A DNA stretch of 64,000 nt from Mobula hypostoma (taxonomy: Eukaryota). A model generated the notes under the pieces. That model was not told the origin of the DNA. It was given only the letters and a program-made list of their open reading frames with translations, and ran no database searches. Shown one piece after another: positions 12,401 through 26,930 of the stretch. The stretch is from NCBI RefSeq assembly GCF_963921235.1, contig NC_086097.1, forward strand, positions 129,520,001 through 129,584,000, in the 5' to 3' direction. Made by a program: the position numbers and the translations under genes. Positions within the stretch are counted from its first letter, which is position 1. Each line of letters begins with the position of its first letter.

Positions 12401-14180
12401 AATTAGGTCTCTTTGTAAGTTGAGTCCGAGGACTTGTCTTGAATTTGTCTCACATTCTGTGTATCTTTAAATGTCTCAGAATACTGACAGTCCAATGAAG
12501 ATTTAATCAAAATAGTGCCTTCAACTATTTAATCATAATGCCTTCAACTAATCTGCTTCTGTTTCAGATAAATGCATTAAACTGTGGGGATTTTGAAACT
12601 GGACTATTGTGGACCTAGAATAACAAAGATACTTAATTATTAAAAATTGGTGGACCAATCACTTGGAAGAAAATTGCAACAACAATGGATGGTATGCCTT
12701 TATTCACTTAACTTAGCTTCAGGCTTACACTAAACACAGGAAATGACTTCCACAACACTAAAATACTTTGCAAATTCAGTATCTTGATCTAGTCCTTTTA
12801 TTCAGCCAGGATAGAGGTACAGAGAGAATGGAAGTCCCTTTAAATCTTAAATGATTGTGCAACATTTTCTGAAATAATATCAGCAAACAGTGTAGAATGG
12901 TATACATGGGCCCTGCTTAAAGAATATTTAGAGAATATTTAGAGAAAAAATACTGGAGCATGGTATTTTAAACTAGAGATGAAGCAAGAAATTAAAATAA
13001 AGCTTCTCTGAAGATGCCAGTGCTTCAGAAAATAGACGGCATTATTTACAGAAACAGTCAAATTGCTCAATTCCAGTAAATAGAAAAGAATTTGATCTCT
13101 CTGAGTGTTTACATGCCATCCTGTTCCAGAAATAGAATAAATATCAACTGATATCAAGTTACTACATGGCACATGTGTTGCATTGGATGAAAGGGCCATA
13201 AAATTAGTGGAAGCTCATATTTGCCTGTTTTCAAGACCTTGATGTAAATCATTTGATTTGCAACAAGGGTAAATCTGGTGGTAATTGATGGGCATGTTTT
13301 TACACGACAGTCACAATAGAGCAAGCCAGCCTTCATCACTGAGTTTGTTCATGTAATTTGAAGCAATTAAAGATATAACATCAGTTGTGTTCCATTTCCA
13401 AAACAGAACAGGTCCTTAATCAGAAGAAATATGAAAAGGATATTTTGAACCAGAAATAAGTTGACACGTAAGCACTTGAAAGAAGAAATAAAATGTGAAT
13501 GGAACATGATGTGTGGACTATGATTCCAAAGAAATAATGTGAAAAATATGGAACTGAGATGTCAAGGATTAGGATCAAATGTTCAAAATGGAAAAATATG
13601 AAAATCTCCATGAGGAATGCGGAAAAACACACAAGAGACAAGGAGAGAAATCAAAATGCTTGCAGCAGGGCAAATAAGTAAAAGAACATGGAGACAGTGA
13701 TTGGGAATTTAAGTATTATGATTGGGCATAAGGGAAAGGAGACCTATAATGATTACATAAACCATCATCTCATGGGTATTAGATATTCAGGCAATAGAAG
13801 AAGGCATTTTGTCCACAACTTGAGATGAACCTTATCATCCAATTCTCCTCAAAGTTAAATTGACGTTATTAGAATCATACATTTATGTCCCAAATTGAAA
13901 TACAATATATAAAATCTCCTATGATTTCTCTTCTTTTAAATGCCTTTTTCAGAAGAAGTATATTAGAATATATTGCTGACATCGCTGAAGCTTGTTTCTG
14001 AAAAGACAAACCAAGGGTACAGTTTGAAACATAACTAGCAATGGACAAAGGGTAGTGATTTTGCAATTAAGCCAAAACTCAACAAAAAATTAAACATTGA
14101 AAATCATGACAGGAGTCCTAATTAGCTGTGCAATAAAGGATTTACAAATGTTTGTCCATTGTCAGATTACACAAGATATA

Positions 14181-14740
14181 CAATCAGTGGCCACTTTATT
14201 AGGCACAGGAGTGAACCTAATACTATGGCTGCAGGATTGGACCCTGTGTGGTCTTCTGCTGCTGTAGCCAATCCACTTCAAGTTTCAATGTGCTGTGCAT
14301 TCGAATAGGCTCTTTTACACACCACTGTTATAATACAGGGTTATTTGAGCTAATGTCATCTTCCTGTCAGCTTGAACCAGTTTTGGCCATTCTCCTCTGA
14401 CCTCTCTCATAAACAAGGTGTTTTCACCCATGGAGCTGCCACTCACTGGATCTTTTTTTTTGTTCTTCACACCCTAGAGGCTGTTGTGCGTGAAAATATC
14501 CCGAGATCAGCAGATTCTGAAATACTCAAACTATCCCATTTGGTACCAATAATCATTCCATGGTCAAAGTCACTTAGGTCACATTTCTTCCTCATTCTAA
14601 TGTTTGGTATGAGCAACAACTGAACTTCTTGACCATGTCTGCATGCTTTTATGCATTGAGTTACTGTGATGTGATTGGATGATTAGATATATGCATTTGC
14701 AAGCAGGTGTACATGTATATCTAATAAAATGGCCACTGTG
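14181..14740. mobile_element. Non-autonomous Tc1/mariner-type element (about 560 bp)
   Basis: Imperfect TIRs CAGTGGCCACTTTATTAG and CTAATAAAATGGCCACTG, flanked by TA at 14179-14180 and 14741-14742. No transposase ORF. Confidence 0.85.
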
Positions 14741-16289
14741 TATTTTACTGAATCTGAAAAAAGTCTGTTGAGTAAATTCTTCTGTAAGTTTCTTTTTTGC
14801 TCTTCTTCTTCTTGATGCTTAAGTAACATGAATTTCTATCAGCTAACCACTACTTCTTTGCCTCCTGTCCTCATTAACCTGGGTGGTGATTTCCTGCATA
14901 ATGGGTTTCTCATTGCTTGCCATTGGAAAGACAAGCAAACAGACACATAAAGACTGATATAATTTGGTATTTTCTAAACAGAAAATGGACTTGCTTTTCT
15001 ATCTGTCCTTTCAGGTCCCTTTAATGACCTTCCAAAATCTTTTGCAGATAACACTGTTGTAATGCAACGTATCAGGCAGCCGATTTGTGTGCAGAAGACT
15101 CTCAGAAATACCAAAATGGAAATGACCAAATAATCTGTTGTTGTCATGGTAACTGAGCTGCACATTTTGGATGGGCCACTTGAGTTGATATCCTGTTCTT
15201 CAAAAACTATAAGGATCTTTATTCCTCCTTGTGTGAGTCTGCTCAAGAGTGTAGAGCATTGCTGCCCATTGCACTGTATGAATTTCTGAACGGCCCCTTG
15301 ATGTAAACATATACAGGAGTGAGTGCTCAGAATAGATTTTATTGATGTAATAAACTATTGTTAGGAAGAGAATCGATGAGAATGTGGGGAGAATAAAATA
15401 AAGGGATTAATGCTCATTATTGGTTGTTGGTCAGCTTGAACTTGTCGGGCAAAATAACCCTTGATATTGGTGTATCTTTCTCTGATTCTAACATGGCACA
15501 AGGGTCTGTTACACTGTGAGAAATGTTCTCACAGTTACTTCTTGGAGACAAAATATTGTTGATAATGGGAAATTCATTCAATTCTATAAAGAGAGACTAG
15601 GTGAAATTTCTTCCCTGAGAGTACTGATGCAGCTCGGAAGAGAGTGGTTGTGGAAATTTCTTTAGAACCTGAAACATAAAGCAGTACAGCACAGTACAAG
15701 CCCTTCAGCCCGTGATGTTGCTTGACCAATATAAACCTACTCCATAATCAATTTAACTCTTTCCTCCTACACAGCACATAACCCTCCATTTTTCTTATAT
15801 CTGTGTGCCTAAGAGTCACTGAAATATCCCTTTAATGAAATAATGGATACTTATTAAAAACAAGGAAGAGTACAAGGTCGGGGGGGAATATATTATTGTG
15901 CACATAAAGTCATAAGATTTCTGTTTGCAATGAAACAGTGATGAACACGTGAAGAAGTTCAAATAAACAGGTCATTCACTCTTGCACTGGCATTATTTAC
16001 ATTCAATCTGCCTTTGTGGCAAACATTTCACAGAATCTAAGAATACTTGCAAATTCTGGAAGAGTTATAATAACTGAAACTAAGGGTCAAGGATCTGAAA
16101 CGTTAATTTTTCCTCTTTCCATAGATGCTACCTGACCAGCATGTTCTGTCTTTATTTCCAGCTTAAGCAGGTTCATTTCTAATTGCCATATTATTGTAAG
16201 CCTTGCATTGGTAACAGAAAAGTCAGACTCAGCAAGCGAGGCTGATGATACAAATTTCTCAAAAGATTCCACATAAGTTGTACAATATT

Positions 16290-17100
16290 GTTAGCGGCAG
16301 TTGGTGGAGCTGTTTTATACTTCAAAATAATTGAGTTCAAACTCATTCCAAAATGCTGGGCATAACTCTTTCAGCTCTTGTTCTAAACAGGTGCTGAGAG
16401 AGTACTGAATTGTAAGAAATCATGTCCATCAAATGAGATGTAAACCAAAGTCTTCCCTATTTACTCAGGAGAAAGTAAATGATTCCCAAGCCCCAGTAAC
16501 TTGGACACTATTTATCTCTCAACAAACACAATGAAACAGATAACCAGGTTGATCTTTATGGAAGATTTGTCTGTGCAAATTTGAAGCAAGCTTTCTATAC
16601 TGCAACAGTGCTTACACATTAAAAGGCACTGAAGTCCTTTGGGCAAGTTTTTCCTTAAGACTTATTGCATATGGCAATCAATATATTCCAAGTGATACTT
16701 TTGTGTTTGCATTGTGACAAAGCTTATAGCTGGCAAAAAGCCATGATTGGCTCAGTTGGCAGGGCTCTTCTGTATGAGTCAGAAGACCATAGTGTCACAG
16801 TAATTGGTTTGAAAAGCATGCCTGATGCTTGTGTCCAGCATTAATGGAACAATTAACCCAGAACATAATTATTCCTCAGAGCAGAAATTTTAATTTCAAT
16901 AAAAAAAACTGAAGAGTTATCCCTGTCTCCTTATCTCCTTGCCAATATTTATCACTCAATAAACAGCACAAAAACAGATTGTCTGGTCATCATCACATTC
17001 CTGTTTGTGGGAGCTTGCTGTGCCTAAATTAGCTGCTACCCTTCTTACATTACAACAGAGACTATACTTCAAGGGGCCTTCGGCTGCTATAACAGTCCTT
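16290..17100 (+). mobile_element. Two adjacent diverged Deu-domain SINEs (about 16290-16650 and 16745-17100)
   Basis: ATGAGATGTAAACCAAAG...TATTTATCTCTCAAC and GCCAATATTTATCACTCAA...CAGATTGTCTGGTCATCATCACATTCCTGTTTGTGGGAGCTTGCTGTG. Confidence 0.7.
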
Positions 17101-20100
17101 TGAGAAATTAAATCATTTTCCACCGACATTAAATTTGCATTGTAAATGCAAACAATAGATACTTTTGAGTCGATTCAGTTCATATTCTGAAGAACATGAG
17201 TCATTAAGGAAAGGTCTAGGATTCAGCAGCTGCAGTGGTGTGAGAATACTTCCATTGATAAAAGTATTGGCTTGGCTCAATAACAGGAGTCAGATTCAGG
17301 TGCTGAGATCGAAGTACTATTCCTAGGGGTGAATGAATGCCATAGGTTGGCAGCTGGTAATACGTAGGACACATGTCACTAACAGAAGTCTTCAGATCAG
17401 GGGCTCTTTAGAGAAGAGCAAGGCTTTCCCCACTGTCTAAGACAAGAATCTTTTCTTGGCCAACACTAAAATAGATTCAGCAGTTGTCCGGGATCATAGC
17501 CATAAAGTAAAAACTCAAAACTTTTACTGGCAGCACACAAACACTTGTTGGACAAATTGTGCCTGGTGTCATATTAGTGACAGGATTCGGTGGAAGAATG
17601 CCTACAGGAAGAATGCAAGTCAGATACATCATGACCTCAATCAGTATGGAAAGCACTGAGCTCTAACCAGTGTCCATCCTTAACCTAGCAATGCTAAACA
17701 GTCATGAATCATATCAATACTACTTACAGATTGGTTATTGACAGATTCCTGCTCAAACTTGGCACAATGCTATACTACATCCGCATTCGACAGATGTTGT
17801 TGAATTACACAAGTTCCCAGAACAGGTGTGATGAAAATATATTTCTGTATCTACCTCCACAGATCCTGCCTGACATACTAAGTATTTTCCAGAATTCTCT
17901 GTTTTTATTCTGTTGGGAGAAGTATGCCAGGTTTGAAATAATTCTTTTTTTGCTTTCATAACTTCTGCATAAACAGCTGCTCTGATTCGCATTCTGTTCG
18001 GAATAAAACTTGGCTGGAAGACTAGCCATCAGGCTGCTGGATCAGGACAATCCGAAATAATAAGAATGAGACAAAGCACTCTCAGCACGAGGTCGTTTCA
18101 CATACTCAATTTACTCACAGAAAAATTCCCTGATGCAGACCACTGCAAGGAGCAATGTGTGATGTCCACATTCACTACCAATCTTCCACCAGCTGCAGCC
18201 CGATCTGAAGTATCAGAGCAGGACAGGGACTGCATTGCCAAATGTTGTCAAGGTAACTATGCTTTATTTATATTGCTTTATTGGTGATGCATGGCAGCTC
18301 CACATTGAAAGTAAGAGGGATTTCATTCCCTCAACATATGATTATAGGCCAAATGTTATCTACAGATAAAATGGCTGATGACTTTGGTAGATATACAAAC
18401 GGACAGCAAGCATATAATGAAAGGCTATACCTAGCAGCAAACTGACCCCACTGGAGGAGCCCTCTGCTACTCAGCATCAAGTCAGATTGTGGTCTGCTGC
18501 ATGTACCTCCACTTTGCCCTTTGCTGTATGATGACACAAATGAGCAAGAAGAGGACAAGAATAAGGCGAAGAAGTGAGGAGGCAACATGGACTCTGCTTT
18601 GCTCACACATTCTATTTCAGTCTGTGTAGTAACTCCATTTTCAATACCCCATTCATCATGCTGTACCTTGCCCCTGCCACTGACTATCATTACATCCACC
18701 TTATTCTAACACAAGGAACCAGTACAAGTTCAACATTCCAAACTAAATGTCAATGAGATTGTATTGCACACCATAGTGTCACTGACTGACCCAATTCTCC
18801 AATACAGAACTACTTCAATGCCCATAGTATTGCTGTTTCCATGAAGTAGACAACAGGTGGCCCTGGTGGACAACCTCAAACAACTGCAGCCCTCGAAGAC
18901 CTGGTTGTGGACTGCATCCACCTCTACATTGTCTATACTGACCCAAAACAGACAACAGCAAGGGTAGGAATGAACGTCAAGCTCTTTGCTAAGTACACTC
19001 CTAGCCTTCTCCTGCTTCCAGGCATCACGCCAGTTTCCCAAGAATTTTGCTATATATCGCTTCTGCAGTGGATTTAATGAAGTTTTTGTCTGAATTCTTA
19101 TTTGAGTTATCTTAACCCTGTGAGTGTCACTATCCTTCTGTAAGTTAGTCTCTACACTTGCTGAACCTTGGTCTGATTGGCTGCAGTGTCTCAATACGTG
19201 CCAAACACAACTGTGTAATTGTCTAAATTAGAAGTCACTGCCTGAGCTAATATTTAAGATCAGGTAACTGCGCCTTCAACAGTCTACTCCTCTTGCATGC
19301 TGAAGTACTTTCACACTCTCATTTTTCAGGATTTCCAAAGAGTTGCCGATCACTTGGTGGTTACCATTAAAGAGCCAGCACAGGTGATTCATTAAAAATT
19401 AATTTATTTCAGACTCCAATGCACATATCCCCACTTGCTTTGAAAATGGCACATTTTTAAGCATGTACACTGACCAGGTCTCTGTTAATTATGTATTTAC
19501 CTCAAAGTGCTGATGTTAATTGACATTTTAAGAGACTGTTCTGGATGAGGCCATGTTGGAATCCCAGAAGTCAGTCCCAGGTGAGGGAAAGAGTACATCT
19601 ACATGAAGGCCTGAGCAAAAATTCAACCATCGGAGGAACTCTCTTGTAGAGGGAGGTATGCAGTCAACAGGTTGAATGGAGACTGAAGACTTGAGACCTT
19701 CTTCGATTGATGGAGTGTTCTCCAGGTCCTTTTGTGTTTTTGTTTGGGGGAGTGGGGGGATTAATGATCTTTTTTTTAATTTGGAAGATTGAATGGGGGA
19801 TGAGAATAGGAAAGAACTTAATATTGAGTAACGGTCACTCTACTCCTGACATCGGTTAGATACTGAGCCAAGTTCCCTCTGCTAAGCCATGAGGAGAGGT
19901 TCGGAGTTTCTAGATCATCTGGGAACACAAATTAAACCATCCACTCTATACAGTGTGTGCATTGAATATTTGCTATCTATGTCCTTATTTGTGGATTAGG
20001 TCAACAGAATGAGACTGGAATGGGTAAGTTCAAGATACTCTGAGCCTTCACTTGACCATTGACAGAGTGTAGGATTCATTCTGGTGTTTGAAATCACCAG

Positions 20101-22591
20101 TAGCAAGACATTCCCCTTCCACTTTTAACATTGACCAAAGAATCCAGGCCAGTTTTAAGAGGGCCGAGTGCACATATCTCACTACTCAGGGATGTGGTGA
20201 CTCAGGTGATTAAAAAATGGGCCTGAATTATTTACTAGCAGCGATCTGAATAGAACACAAATCCATAACCTCTTCAAAAGATTATTAAGCCGAATCAAGA
20301 GTCAGAAATAGTTAATCGCGAATTGTCTAAACGAAGACTACATTAGCACTAACATAGGTGACTGCATCGCATCACCTGTTGCAAATAAAACGCACCAACC
20401 TGTATCCAGAGCCTACAAATCAACAGACAATGAAGACCTCAAACCGCGACTCCAGAACCTCAACACACCACAGTCAGTATTGCCAGAAATACATGGCATA
20501 CTGCATTTAAACTAAAACACGCACGCCACCGATTGTCGCTTGAATTAGTGCAATTGGGAATATAGTAGAATAGATACACGGCGGGAAGAAAGGAAAAATG
20601 CTCCGTGCAGGTGCAACAAGCAATCAAATATAGCTTTGGCAGTTTTTCACTCTATCGGCTATCTAATTCCAACCCGCATAAACAGCCGTATTATTAGATA
20701 ATAAGAAAACTAAACTGCGTTAAGGTTACATCACAAATCAGTCAGCGTCTGTAAAGTGACAACCAAGTTACTAATTCAGATACTTAATCCTTAATCAAAT
20801 CTGAAAATTTATCTCGTACATCACAGCATCGGACTGACCAAATCGTTAAATGGACGATTATTCTTATGTTCTTAAAACAGGGGAAACTGATTAAATGCGG
20901 GGACAGACACTACAGCGCCACGCCTCTTTGGATTAACGATTGCCCCAGGTCACTGTAACTCGGGATTATTTGTTATAGATCACACGAGTCAATCGCTCAC
21001 TCTAGGCAGCTGGACACTAGAAAATATTTCATTACTTGAAGTATCGAATTAGCTCTCATGCCTTTTATGTTCACTGTTGCCAGCGAGAGTCTAGCTCAGA
21101 TTTATTTTAATCAATTATAAATAATTGGGAACTTTGCTTCAACCTGTTCTCTCTACTTCTCTACACTTTGCTGTTTATTATCTGCAATGGAGGAGCGGGG
21201 TGTGATTAAACTAGAAAGGGTTAATGACCCAGAAAGTGGGAGAGCTGAAAATCGTTGGTTCCGAAAAGCCCTGGGGTTGATAACTATTTCGCTACTGTTG
21301 CCTCTACTTCTCCCTACAGTCAACAAATCTTTCCCGACAAGCCAATCCTTAAAAATTTCAGCATCACTGGCTTTTGCTAAAACTGCTCTTTAAACAAAAA
21401 ATGATTTCAGAAACGATATTGTTGCTGTTCAGACTGCCTTACGACTATTTGATTTTTGGATAGCACAAGGGTGAGGTCCCTATTTAATGGTTAAACGCCT
21501 TTATATTTTTTAATTCAGGTACAATAACAACCGGCCTCTTTGGGGAAGGTAGACTGGGTATGTAATAAATGATTTAGCATGAAATATTTAATTGGAACGA
21601 AGCAGATGTCGATTCCAGTCTTCTAAACCTGATTATACCTCAGACATGTTAGGCAAGCATTAATGATTGATAATGGCGCTAATTAACCCTAACCCTCCCC
21701 GTAAACACACGCAGTATTGTTAGATAACAGCGGCCAGTAAGTTTTTTCACAGTCAGGAAGCCGTGCACAAATTTCTGCCAGAGAGACACAGCAAATCATC
21801 CCACTAGGAGAACCCATTAGCAAATCGCAGTTCTTATCAGAAATAATTCCTCGCAGGAAAACTCTGACTAGAAGTCCACGAGAGAGGGGAAAGGCAGGGA
21901 GATAAATGGTTCCTTACTTTAAGAATCATCTTATTTCAGTATATTTCGTGAGACAGTGCAGCAAGTAATATCAATTATGAAATATTCCCAAAAATGACTA
22001 AACAAGATCCATCTTTAAAAACAAACTATTGCTACAAGACAAAATGGATTGATTAGATTTCGGGTTCTACGAGGCGTTTACCATTAATATTAATGTCTCG
22101 CGATTGAGACGCGATTACCTGCATATGAATCAACAACATAAAAAGACGTACTCGACGTGACAAAATTCTGCTTCATAATCTTTGCTTTCTAACTTTTTAA
22201 AAACTTTTAATGCGTTTGTAAGATTAAACTGAACGGTTTGGACATGCATATCATTTCATTAAAATATCATTGCCGTTGCAATCAATTCCGAGATGTTCAT
22301 TTTGCAAACCCGCTATTTAAAACTAAGATATACTTCCCAGGTATTTACACCTTTGACGTTGGGATCGGTATTTAATAAATGCACTTTGATATTTCTTTAA
22401 GTGGTTTCTTCACACCCCCCGCCCCCCCCCCGTATAAACAGCAGACTTGAAATAATGTTTATGAATGCCATTGTGCCTGAGGTAAGTACTATATCCCACA
22501 CACATTCTGAGACCCGGCCAGAAAAAAAACAGCTCTGATAGACAACGTTTCACCTCACCTGCTAACATTGCGCATTTCATTTGTGTCAAAT

Positions 22592-22625
22592 ACGCGCGCG
22601 CACACACACACACACACACACGCAC

Positions 22626-22675
<50 letters not shown>

Positions 22676-22686
22676 GCGCGCGCGCA
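22592..22686. repeat. (CG)n-(CA)n-(CG)n compound microsatellite
   Basis: Directly visible alternating purine-pyrimidine run. Confidence 0.95.
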
Positions 22687-23619
22687 GATTAGAATTTCCG
22701 TGTATAATATACCATAAAACTGAATTGCATTTGACAAAGAACTTAACGTTGCAGTCAACAAGAACCAAACGTCCTTATTATAAACTATATATTAAACTTC
22801 TCTTATCTCACAGATTTATCCTATGTCTTAGCCGAGAATTTATTGTGTGTATGGCACGCACATTACTTTATTCACGAATCATCAAGCCTGTAAAAATGCA
22901 ATATAAAAAGGGTAATGTCGCTTCCAACCTTATTGTTTTAAATCTATTGGTTGCACTGTACTACAGCAATGAAAAATACCTCACACATTGGATCTGGAGG
23001 GTGGGAGGGAGGTTGGTAGGAAGATCGACTTATTAAAGCAGACAGTAAACAATATGCAGTATTCCTCAGCACGTCTCCCTGGAAATCCGCTAGGAAATAT
23101 TAAAATGATTATCATTATCTTAAAAAATCGCTGTCATTGAGAAAATAGTGTTAAGAGTCAAACAGCAGATCGACATTTTATAACCGCAGTATCATGAAAA
23201 TCTGCGAGGTTTATTTAGTGACTTGTCACATCATTAGGTACATTATTTCAGGGCAGCGAAAACCAGGGCAATACACTCCCCCACCCCTCCGTCCCACCCT
23301 CAACCCGCCTCCGCCCCCACCAATCCACGATCCTCACCCCCCCACACATCCTCCCAATCCAACGCCGCTACCTTTTTATCATTTATTTTGATTACGACTC
23401 AATAAACTACCAAAGCAAGCCTGTTCAACTCTAACTTGAAGTTCAAGTTTTTTTTATTATACTTGAGGGAAACAATGGGTTCAGCTGCTTATTGCGGGGG
23501 AGCAATTGCCAAGGGAGAGTTAAACCCAATTACTGCAAGCCATACAGAAAGGCTGCAGGAAAATACTGCCAAGTAAAAATACGCCTGGGCAAAACAGAGC
23601 CACTGAATAAAAAAAAATC

Positions 23620-24716
23620 GACATAAAGCGTATCAAATATTTATTTATCTGGGTAACAAAGGACTATGATACATCGACAGGCATGTAAACTATTGCCAAC
23701 ACAACTCTATATAATACAGCTAAAAACTGTTTCCAATTTAGCCACCGGTCATACAAGATATCAGCTCGTCCCAAATGCTGTCAGTTCAACAATAAAATAC
23801 TGAACCGTTCTATAGACAATATCAGTTTATTGCTCTGCTTTTTTTTCAGTAGGGAAAGAAGACATGGTGTCAGATAATTCCTTTGTCACAACACATGGGA
23901 TATTTTAAAACACAAAAAAACATCACAGATGCTTTTTTTTTAAAAAAAAGGTATTCTTAAATTTGAATTCCTGTGGTATTATAAACTATTCGATGTTTGT
24001 CATATAAAACTCGCTTCTTTCCCCCCTCCCTTCCCCCCTTCTTGGATTTTGTTCAACTGTTTATCGCCACAACATGCTACAGAGGGCTAAAATGTGTTTT
24101 CCCAGGGTTTCCCCAATATTTTTCTAAGTACCATAAAATCACGGAAAGATCTACTGTATGTGATGAAGATTAAAACCCACTTACAGGAGGTAAACGATAT
24201 CACCAGATAAATAAAATAAAGGCTTAAACAGACGCACCATATTTACAATTCCCATTAAATTACGCATAAATAAATATATACATACATGAACATCGTTTCC
24301 CTTACTATACCGTGAACTGCAAGTTCCAATAGTTGTTTAAATTGACTGATACCTAGGCTTAGAGGATTTCTTTTTGTCAACAAGGATGGTAATGACAGAA
24401 GAACTGCTCCAGTTTACTTACAATACTGATAAAATATGCTTTCGTTACCTTCTTTAAATGATTGTGACTACAATCTTTAAAATCTTAAACAACGGGGTAT
24501 GTCAATCAAGATGCAGTCCGATGAAGGTTTAACTCGGTAAAAAGTTTTAGAAACTTCGTCTTTTCTCCCTTTCTCTCTTAATAAACAGTTCAAAATTCTT
24601 CATCGTCTTCTCTGCTCGCTAAGGCTCCGAGTTCCGGGTTGAGAGGGAAACAGTCACACCTATATGACAACTTTTAAATGTTTTGTTTCTTTAGGAAATT
24701 GCAGTTTGCTATCCAA
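23620..24716 (-). other. TFAP2A: TFAP2A 3' UTR (approximate end)
   Basis: AT-rich stretch after the stop codon. Minus-strand AATAAA at 23826-23831 and 23640-23645, the latter followed by a U/GU-rich tract. Confidence 0.6.
23640..23645 (-). terminator. Likely polyadenylation signal of TFAP2A
   Basis: Minus-strand AATAAA with a downstream TTTATGTCGATTTTTTTTTATT U-rich element. Confidence 0.55.
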
Positions 24717-25008
24717 CTACTTTCTGTGTTTCTCGTCTTTGTCTCCGCTTTTACTGGGATTTTCACCCGTGTGGTTGTTGGGGGTATTGTTCATGTACAT
24801 TTTGTCCATGGCTTTCAGTGCTTCGGTGAGATAGTTCTGTAAGGCGGTTATAGCAGCGCACAGAGCCGGACTCCCGAAGCCGTGTGTGATTAAACTGAAG
24901 TGGGTCAGGCAGCTCTGAATACCAGGTTCCAAGATCGGGGCAGGTCGTGAGTTCCCCAAAGGAGATCGGTCTTGTGTCAGCAAGTCTGTAAACTCTTTGC
25001 AGATTTGT
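24717..25008 (-). CDS. TFAP2A: TFAP2A exon 7 coding part to TAG stop
   Basis: [22 protein letters not shown]...[17 protein letters not shown]...DKDEKHRK*. 292 nt. The spliced 1a isoform totals 1320 nt, or 439 aa plus stop. Confidence 0.97.
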
Positions 25009-26729
25009 CTGAAATTTAAGATAACAGGTTGTAATGTTCATGCTGTATTATCTATTCGGGGGAGCGGATGAGCGGGGGATTGGTAAGGCAACAACTTCAA
25101 TTCAGCACATTTTAGAATCATGTTCGAATTCCTTTCCAAGCGCTTCGCCCTTCCTCATGTGAAAACCCTGGAAAAGGTAGGGATTTAACAAATGGACTAA
25201 CATAAAGACGGCTTCTGGTTCAAAATCCACTACCACGGAATTTATGTTTGCCCTAGATAATAATGGACAGCTTCACAGGACGGATTCGTTCAGGTTTACC
25301 TGTAGCAGACACTACTGCCTGCTTTACTTGATGGACCCATGGCCGATTATTGTTTTAAATATGTTTGTCAACATTTTAAATTGATCCCGATTACTCCAAT
25401 TAATTATTTGCATATCGTTATAAATTCCTGATACGTTTGAAACAACGGCAAGAAAATCGAAGTGCACATTTGGCATAAGTTATCAATACTTCCAGCGTTT
25501 TAGTGCATATAAACTAAATTTCTGAAGTTAAAATTAAAGGTTTTATTATACAATGCATTCTAATACATGGAATATACTTGAAGTTTAGAATGCTAATAAA
25601 TCAAAGCAAATATCTGACCATTCAGTGTTCACTCTGAAGTTTGAACTGATCATTGCTTCCTCGTTGAGTTTCTGAATATATAGTGTGTACTCATGTGTAA
25701 AATACTGTTAAAAGACAAACTGATAACAAAAAAATCAAATTAACATAATGGAATGCAGAGGGCAGTAACAACTATATTGTCCTCCAGCGCTATTGTCTTA
25801 GAAAAAATCAGATTAATTAATGTGAATGAAATCATCACTATAATGCATATAGCTCAAGTCATGCATCGTGTGCGTGCGCGCCTATGCTTAGTCCTCTGTG
25901 TGCGCGAGCACGTGTATACATGTCTGAATGTGTGCACGAGGGTGTACATTGGATTAGGTCTGCTAATTTAGACCAATGTTTGGTATTCTATATCGCTTAA
26001 TATGCTGAATCTATTTTCAAAGGCTCTTTGAAACTAGGTAAAATATGCTTCTACGCCTGAAGTGGAAAGATCTCAAACCTTCTGAAAGAATGCTTACTTC
26101 ACTGGGAGTGTAACCATCGATACAAATTGCTCCACCAACCTCCCAGTGCCTATACACCGCAATGCCCTTCGGTGACATTTCAAATTCTTAATTAAAGGCT
26201 AGAAAACAAGCCTGAAAATTTCCTCCAACATTTCAGCACGGATAATTTACTTTTCACACGTGCCTTTTCATCCAAGCAGTTTGGCTGTACACAATTGCTA
26301 AATAATACTTATTAGCCGCTGAGAAAATATTACGGGCTTAAATAACTCCGTCTGATATGTGACTTCACAAAATTACGGTGCTTCATGTGCTCGAACAGTG
26401 AAAGCATTGGATGCCGAGTGAGCCGGCGCTGCTCCTGATAGCAGGAGGTCTTAAAATGAATACTGAGGATAACACCACAAGCAAACCAGGTGAGAGGGTT
26501 ATCGACTACTGATCCACACTCTACTCCTAAACCTTTTTCTATGCACTTGTCAGAACCCAAATGGGTATATTCAGAATATTCATATGTCCGAGCTTAAACC
26601 CATCCAAACCCAAGAGTTCTTGCAAACTATATACACGAAATTTAATGGAGACCAGAACATGCATGCGGGGAAGAGGGAGAGTGAAGAAAAAAAGAACTCA
26701 GTTGAAGTTTGCATTAAGAAAAGGACTCA

Positions 26730-26930
<201 letters not shown>

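Noticed and set aside
22410..23036. CV/HT-repeat ORFs
   Set aside because: Translations of the microsatellite; the same applies to 36618-37115.
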